The notes beneath the pieces were generated by a model that was not told the origin of the DNA, did no database searches, and saw nothing but the letters and a program-made list of their open reading frames with translations. Shown one piece after another: positions 24,528-30,330 of a stretch of DNA of 30,330 nt (the stretch's first letter is position 1; each line of letters starts with the position of its first letter). The position numbers and the translations under genes were made by a program. Source of the DNA: Spizellomyces punctatus DAOM BR117 (lineage: Eukaryota). Where the stretch lies: NCBI GenBank assembly GCA_000182565.2, contig KQ257472.1, one strand, 5' to 3'.

Positions 24528-25489
24528 AAACCTACGAATTTCTTATAGTTCTGTAGATGCGACATTCGTCCGGTGAGATGGAATTGCATAGAGCCAGGTA
24601 GAATGTTAGGTATAACTCTCATTTCTTCCCCTACAAGTGGAGAGGATTAGAAACTTTACCTAACATAACCGAGCGGCGGATAAATATGGGGTCAGGATTA
24701 CGCACTTATTATTTCTTGCTATGCACGCCACCTCGAATAGTGTATTGCCCTATGAAAAGTCATATTGTACACGTACATGCACATCTTCACTTGAATTGTC
24801 TTCCTGTCTTCAGAAGAGCCAACGTGAAATCTTCTCTGCTCCCCATACTTATGGGTCTTATTTAGCGTTCTATACAGCCATTTAACAACTGAACCCTTCT
24901 CACATTTTGTGTTCCCTTATTAGGTGTAGGATGAGCCAGAAGGAACCGAGGAGGGGACAAACTATGCACTCTTGAGGAGTGAATTGCACGGAGGTTTCTT
25001 ACCAGGTGTCTCCTGCGCAACATCTGGAGAAGCTTGTCGCAGGATAAAGTGAGAACTCTACTGTTCTAGAGCAAACTGTCAGCCATGGATAGGTGGATCC
25101 GCAGTAGATGGCGATTGACGAGCAAGAAAATGTCCATACTCGTGGGTAAGAACGCAGATATATTGACATTGCAAAAATGCTAGGTATTTATAAGGTAGCC
25201 CTTACATAGGGTACATATGAAGCCCGCAAATATGGAAATAATAGCGTATCTCGATATTTCACTTTTCTTGAGAGGCATCCTTGGAAACCGCTTGTTCACC
25301 TTGGATGGAGTGATAACGAATAAAGCAATTGATTTTTTCCTGCTGTTGCAAGAATATTTCCAAGGTAAATATTGCTCAATAGCTCGAATGCGTACAGCTT
25401 CCTTTGTTGATGGGCTTGACTGTTGATGACCATCACGTTACCTCGAAGGGCTACATGAAATGGCGTTTCATATCTCAAACTCTGTGATT

Positions 25490-26480
25490 AAGCACGCCAT
25501 GTCACAGTTAGGTACCTTGTTGCCAGAAACAGTTTCTTTGCAGATGGCTTGAAGAATCCTTTGTATGTTTGCTCTTCGTTCGTCAAGTCTTCCCAGTCCA
25601 CTTCCAGGAGCTTATTTGCAGAGTCGACGATGTCCTCATGTACGGGAACAGCCGTTGGATCAACTTCAATTGGCCGTGGTACCCTCCCAAATTCCAGAAG
25701 AGTTCCCGACTAGTTCTCACGATGTCGATTTGCTCCATATTGGACTTTCCCAGGCTAGCCTATAATGACTTCCCGCAAATCCACAGTGACGGATTGCATC
25801 GCAAAGGGGACATTGAGATCGCAGGTTCTCTAGATTGCTGTTGGCGGCGTTCCCATCGCGGTGATCCACTATGAAGCCTTTTCCTCCGCAAGATGATTGG
25901 TACAGGCAGTGAGTACACGTGTTATTGTCCCTCTCCAGCACCTGGCGACGTCGAGCTCGCCAGGCCGTTGAACGAACGGGAAGGGTCCTATTCCCCCAGG
26001 TTCGAGTAACTGAGAGGTGAAAAGCTCCAGCGGGGTCCATGAAGGCGAGTCAAGATTGAATCCACTTTTTGTTGTTGAGATGGAAGCTAGCTGGTGCAAG
26101 TAGTGAGAACTTTAGAGACGACGGTAAACACAACAAGCCTCTCTGACATGATATGATGCCATCACCTTGAATTCGGCTGGCCAGGTTAGTACTATCCAGT
26201 CGTGTAAACTCCTGTTAAGTCCAATCCGTCTGTCATCGTACATACTCTACAGGCCTCTGAAAAAATTTGAAATTTCACAGTGCTTGGGTGAAAGCTGCTA
26301 CCTCAATTCTGGGTAGTATTTCTCAAAGTACGGCTGGACGGACATCGCCGTCCAAAAGTAATCGCCGGATGTAAAATAAACAAAAGGCTGCTCGTTTGCC
26401 GACCCACCCCTTCCACAGACGGCTGTCACATTTTTCCTCCTTTCATATAAATCCGTTTGAAACGGAAGTTCTACGCTCAT
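25490..26480 (-). pseudogene. Frameshifted HNH-endonuclease-like gene
   Basis: WRARRRQVLERDNNTCTHC...IVDHRDGNAANSNLENLRSQCPLCDAIRHCG is an HNH core with two CxxC pairs. Protein-like sequence continues only after frame changes near 25755 (LGKSNMEQIDIVRTSRELFW) and 25683 (VPRPIEVDPTAVPVHEDIVDSANKLLEVDWEDLTNEEQTYKGFF), with no room for introns. Including ORF 26298-26480 as exon 1 is tentative. Confidence 0.65.
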
Positions 26481-26807
26481 GGAAGCTCATTGATTGCATT
26501 ACAGTTGTAAAATGATCCACGTGTAGCTTACGAGTATTCGCTAACCTTTACAATGGTCTCGACTTGCTGATTTACATCTGGTCTCGGAAATCATCCAAGT
26601 TAAGCCCATGTCTCGATCTTTCTTTGCTGGCAATCTTACAATCACATTGCATGCACAATGGGTTTGCACCACTGTTTAAAGGCCTGTGTTTTCTTCTACA
26701 CATTGGTCAAGGTCGCCGCCGTAGCAAGCCCCTAGTGTACATCATAGTATTCTGAACCCCTTTAAATTTTTAGATATATATTACCGTAAAACCATACACT
26801 TAAAGAG

Positions 26808-28634
26808 TTATATTCGGTGGGCCTTCGGACCACCCGCATACCGCCGTCCAAACTGAAGTGGTCTAATGGTTTTCGCTGTTCCGACGGTGATGTGCCCCAC
26901 TTCATCGTCGAGAGTATGGATAGTCTCTCCAATTGAGGAATGATGGTCTAAAGCATTCCATATGTCTGGTGACTCGGCATTGCACATATTCGCCAGCTTC
27001 AATCGCAAGTGGTCCGATTGGCTCGACACCTGTATCATCGCCGCCAGATCAAAGTGGACACGACTGCATAATGCCAATCGTGAAGGCACTTTGTCATCTT
27101 GATACGCCATAAAGTAAAGTCCCATACCACAGGTCAGGGTTGCTATGCCTAGGGTAGCCAGGATAACGATGCTTGATTTCCCTAGCAGAACTGCACTACC
27201 AGAACCAGAAGTTGTCACGGTGCATGTACTGACTGCCACAGCCCCGGTGATAGACAGTGCTTGTTTCATCAGCATTATGTTCAGCATATCCATCCCGGGC
27301 TCACCCAAGCTGAGTGACAGGCCTCCGTCGCTGCTGGACAACCATGATAGAAGGGGCGGTACCGCGTTGGGGGCAGTTCTGCTCAGAGGCTTTGTGTCAT
27401 TCATCGTTGTGTACCAATCAGATAGCACCACAACGAAGTCGTCGTTCGGCACGACTGGTATTCCTGTATCCGTTATCTCACCAACGCCAACTACTGCGGG
27501 GGATATTCCGTTGCTACTGGCGCTGTACTGAATGGCAGCTTGTCCGACTGTTATCTCTGCTTTAACGGCACACATGAGTCGACTGATACTGCCACCGCAC
27601 AAATCTCCATCGTAAAGCTCCTGGTTGAGTATATAAAGCCCTTCCGCCATGGGTTGCGGTACAGTAGCCAATGTAACTCCTCCCTCAACGTGCAGGTTTA
27701 CGTTGGGCAACGCAATAGGACCTGCTTCGAGCTGGGCATCGGCATAAAGATTCCTCCATTCACTCGCAGTTCCAGCTCCGCAAAAGCAAGTGGAATTCAC
27801 GGACATCAAAAGAGATGTACCGTGGACAACGTAGTCTGCGCCGAAGCCTGTAAGCGTGGGACCAATTACACCAACTGAGAAAGGATACCCGTCCACTCTC
27901 GTGTGGCCCATGGCTGTGCTTGTGGTATACTCCGTTGCTCCAGTGGCATATTCGTACCCAGGTATCCTTGTAATGCCCCTTGGAGACCCGTCCACTGCTG
28001 GGATGTAGCAGACGCTGGTTCTGACGTCAACGGAGTCCTGCAAGTTAGCACCAACTCCTGCTACTATGGCAAGTACGTGAAGCGACTCCAGTAGAATCTG
28101 CAGCCATGCAATGTATGTCAACTTCTTCCGTAGTTCACTACGATATGATAGCGACGACAGGAACGAGGACCGTTGTAGCACACCGGTGTGCAGATAACCC
28201 ACCACTGTTAAGCTGCCTTTGCCAACTGATATCCTCCGCCCAGACCAACATCTAATGGATTGATCCACCAACCGATTAGGCAAGGATGAATACAGCAGCA
28301 CGGAAATCTCGGTCAGTACGATTACAATCCACTCGCCGGAATGAGCAGATACAGGCAATACGAAGCCGGTGGAGTTGGCGATAATCAAGATGACGGCAAT
28401 TATTGTCCCTGCACACCATCGATAGATCCAAAGGGGACCCATGAGAGCCGTTGGCCTCCCTTGCTTCTCTAAAGGCATACCATTTTGTGGTTGCCAGCTT
28501 TGAATAGACGTTCGGGATCTACCACCCAGAGGCAAAGACGGGCTTTTCGTATCGTTTTCTTGGTCGTCCAGAATAGCAAGGGACACCTTGCTCCCGATAC
28601 GCTTCGTAAGGCCATCTTTTGTTACTTGCTCCAT
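26808..28634 (-). CDS. Intronless multipass membrane protein (about 608 aa): roughly 3 N-terminal TM helices, a large Cys-containing luminal/extracellular domain, a C-terminal TM and a cytoplasmic tail
   Basis: Long ORF with first ATG at 28634. Hydrophobic segments IYRWCAGTIIAVILIIA, WIVIVLTEISVLLY, IAWLQILLESLHVLAIVAGVG and IVILATLGIATLTCGMGLYFMAY; N-glycosylation sequons NST and NDT in the large loop. Confidence 0.75.
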   Translation of the reverse strand: MEQVTKDGLTKRIGSKVSLAILDDQENDTKSPSLPLGGRSRTSIQSWQPQNGMPLEKQGRPTALMGPLWIYRWCAGTIIAVILIIANSTGFVLPVSAHSGEWIVIVLTEISVLLYSSLPNRLVDQSIRCWSGRRISVGKGSLTVVGYLHTGVLQRSSFLSSLSYRSELRKKLTYIAWLQILLESLHVLAIVAGVGANLQDSVDVRTSVCYIPAVDGSPRGITRIPGYEYATGATEYTTSTAMGHTRVDGYPFSVGVIGPTLTGFGADYVVHGTSLLMSVNSTCFCGAGTASEWRNLYADAQLEAGPIALPNVNLHVEGGVTLATVPQPMAEGLYILNQELYDGDLCGGSISRLMCAVKAEITVGQAAIQYSASSNGISPAVVGVGEITDTGIPVVPNDDFVVVLSDWYTTMNDTKPLSRTAPNAVPPLLSWLSSSDGGLSLSLGEPGMDMLNIMLMKQALSITGAVAVSTCTVTTSGSGSAVLLGKSSIVILATLGIATLTCGMGLYFMAYQDDKVPSRLALCSRVHFDLAAMIQVSSQSDHLRLKLANMCNAESPDIWNALDHHSSIGETIHTLDDEVGHITVGTAKTIRPLQFGRRYAGGPKAHRI

Positions 28635-30138
28635 TCTTGCAGACGTGCACCTGCTTGTGAGCAAATCAAGACTAATGGCCTCGCCAAGTTCCCTGACTAT
28701 AAGGATGCGTGAAGTATTCCGACATACCTGCCCCAAGGGACAAGACTTGGGTTCTTATTGGGGGTACTGATGATCGACAATATTCCTGATCCTCGGTATT
28801 TAGGAATAGAGGTGATATTTCTGGTATGGGAATTCCAGTAACACAGCCTGATCGAAGCTTTCCGTTTCCGCCGGTCTAGGGGTTGTCCCTATGTCCTTGA
28901 CAAGAGCAAAAGGATCCGCCTACCGTGTTGTTAAAACGACCGTGCCAATCGGAGTTAAATTGAATACTATAATGGAGACATCGCGCCTCAAACCTGGCTC
29001 AAAAGTCTTACTAACACCTTGGTTAATATTGTTCTTAGCAAGATTTTGCCCAAACATGTTGGGCCATGGCAATCTTCAGGCTGGCTGAGCATAAATACGG
29101 TATGGACAATCTGGGGGGACTTGGGGGTTTGGAGCGTTTGCGGAGCTTCCCTATGATCTCGTGTTCTCATATGGTTCTGCATGAAGTTCCAGTTCCCGAC
29201 AATTGCAGGCAAGACCTTACTGGCAGGTATGACCTCTCCCGAAAAATATTCTCAAATGGTATTAATGAGAAATCTACGAACATGAATATAGCTTCTTCAA
29301 TGGGAGGGTACAGGGCTCGGTCGCATAATGTTAGATGGGGTTGAACATTGAGGTCTCCAAACGCATGTTTGCAAGAAGTTTAGAGGTTCCAAATACTATT
29401 GGGGGACAGAACAGCCCGTCATCAAAGTTCGTAGCTACTTTAAACGCCTCGGTTATAGTGCGGCGGTTGCTACTGCTCACCTCGTCGTCAGAACGTACAA
29501 AACAGGACTAGGGTCGTGATGGTAAACGTCCAATGATGCTCAGATCATAGAGCTGCCTTTCCTCCCGACTTTCTTGTAGCGTCGCATGTACCAGCCCGTT
29601 TTTCTTGATAGGCCACCATACGCATAGTGGTTGATGACAAAGCTTATGCTTTGCGTGCATGGCGCAACGAATGTGAGCACTCAATGCCATACTTGGAATC
29701 AACAGAGGACTGCGTGTTGCTTGGATGAGTTTGCAATCACCCATCTAAGTTCTTGACAATACCGTTGTGGGTTTTGAAGGGCGTCGTGTCCCAGCACCCA
29801 AGGGCTCGGACAGTTCCACTCGCTTTACAGATCAGATCTACGCTTACCTCTATAAGATTTTGCCAACCGACCAAGCGAGCCGAATGCTACAGTCGTCGGT
29901 AAGACATTCCGGAAAACTATCAAGTTCATGACTGCTCGAAATCTGTACCCGGAGCGATGGCATCGCTCGCTTTGCTGGCTGTAGCAACACTGTCCACGAA
30001 GGTCGCTTTTGTAACTCCTCCGTATGCTTTATGTCACAGTAGTTGGCCATTACCTGGCGACCCAGAGCATTGGGTTAGGAACTCCAGGAAACAGGAATAC
30101 TAACAAGAGTTGCCTTGCATTAATCCTTTTCGGGCGTC

Positions 30139-30212
30139 CCCTAACCCTAACGTTGGATTCAATTTGGCGCAATGTCTGGATATCTGTGCTGATAACCCTA
30201 ACCCTAATCCTA
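30139..30212 (+). repeat. Two short interstitial telomeric (CCCTAA)n tracts (telo-boxes) with interspersed E2F-like sites
   Basis: CCCTAACCCTAAC (30139-30151) and TAACCCTAACCCTAATCCTA (30193-30212); TTTGGCGC at 30163-30170; TGGCGCCGAA at about 30219-30228. Confidence 0.55.
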
Positions 30213-30330
30213 CGTCCATGGCGCCGAATATTTATCCTGTCTGATGTCTTTATCATATTGTGATTGCTTTTCGTTGGTTTCTGGTATGAAGCGATACAGG
30301 ATCGGCTCGCCACACGCCACCGTATGTGTG

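Noticed and set aside
28891-30313. Short ORFs upstream of the membrane protein gene, including hydrophobic 30024-30263
   Set aside because: No splice path to the 26808 ORF was found; the LTLTL pattern simply reflects CCCTAA repeats.

Overview
Eukaryotic, intron-rich genomic DNA with short GT-AG introns. Fungal-type histones together with a centriolar CEP135/Bld10 orthologue point to a zoosporic (chytrid-like) fungus; this is inference, not a database result. From left to right the genes are: a 3-exon CsbD-like stress protein with upstream CRE sites; a large proline-rich protein carrying a capping-protein-interaction (CPI) motif and a C-terminal calponin-homology domain hidden in small exons; a B-box + DUF2009/UPF0652 protein; a divergent histone H3-H4 pair; CEP135; a CCCH/RWD-like/CHY zinc-finger protein; a small possible histone-fold protein; an aminoacylase-1 (M20A) with about 17 exons; a frameshifted HNH-endonuclease pseudogene; an intronless multipass membrane protein; and a telobox/E2F-like motif cluster at the right end. 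The most notable non-obvious structure surrounds the histone pair: a shared bulged 3'-UTR stem-loop resembling the metazoan histone stem-loop, mutually complementary H3 and H4 3' regions, and a mirror-symmetric bidirectional promoter.
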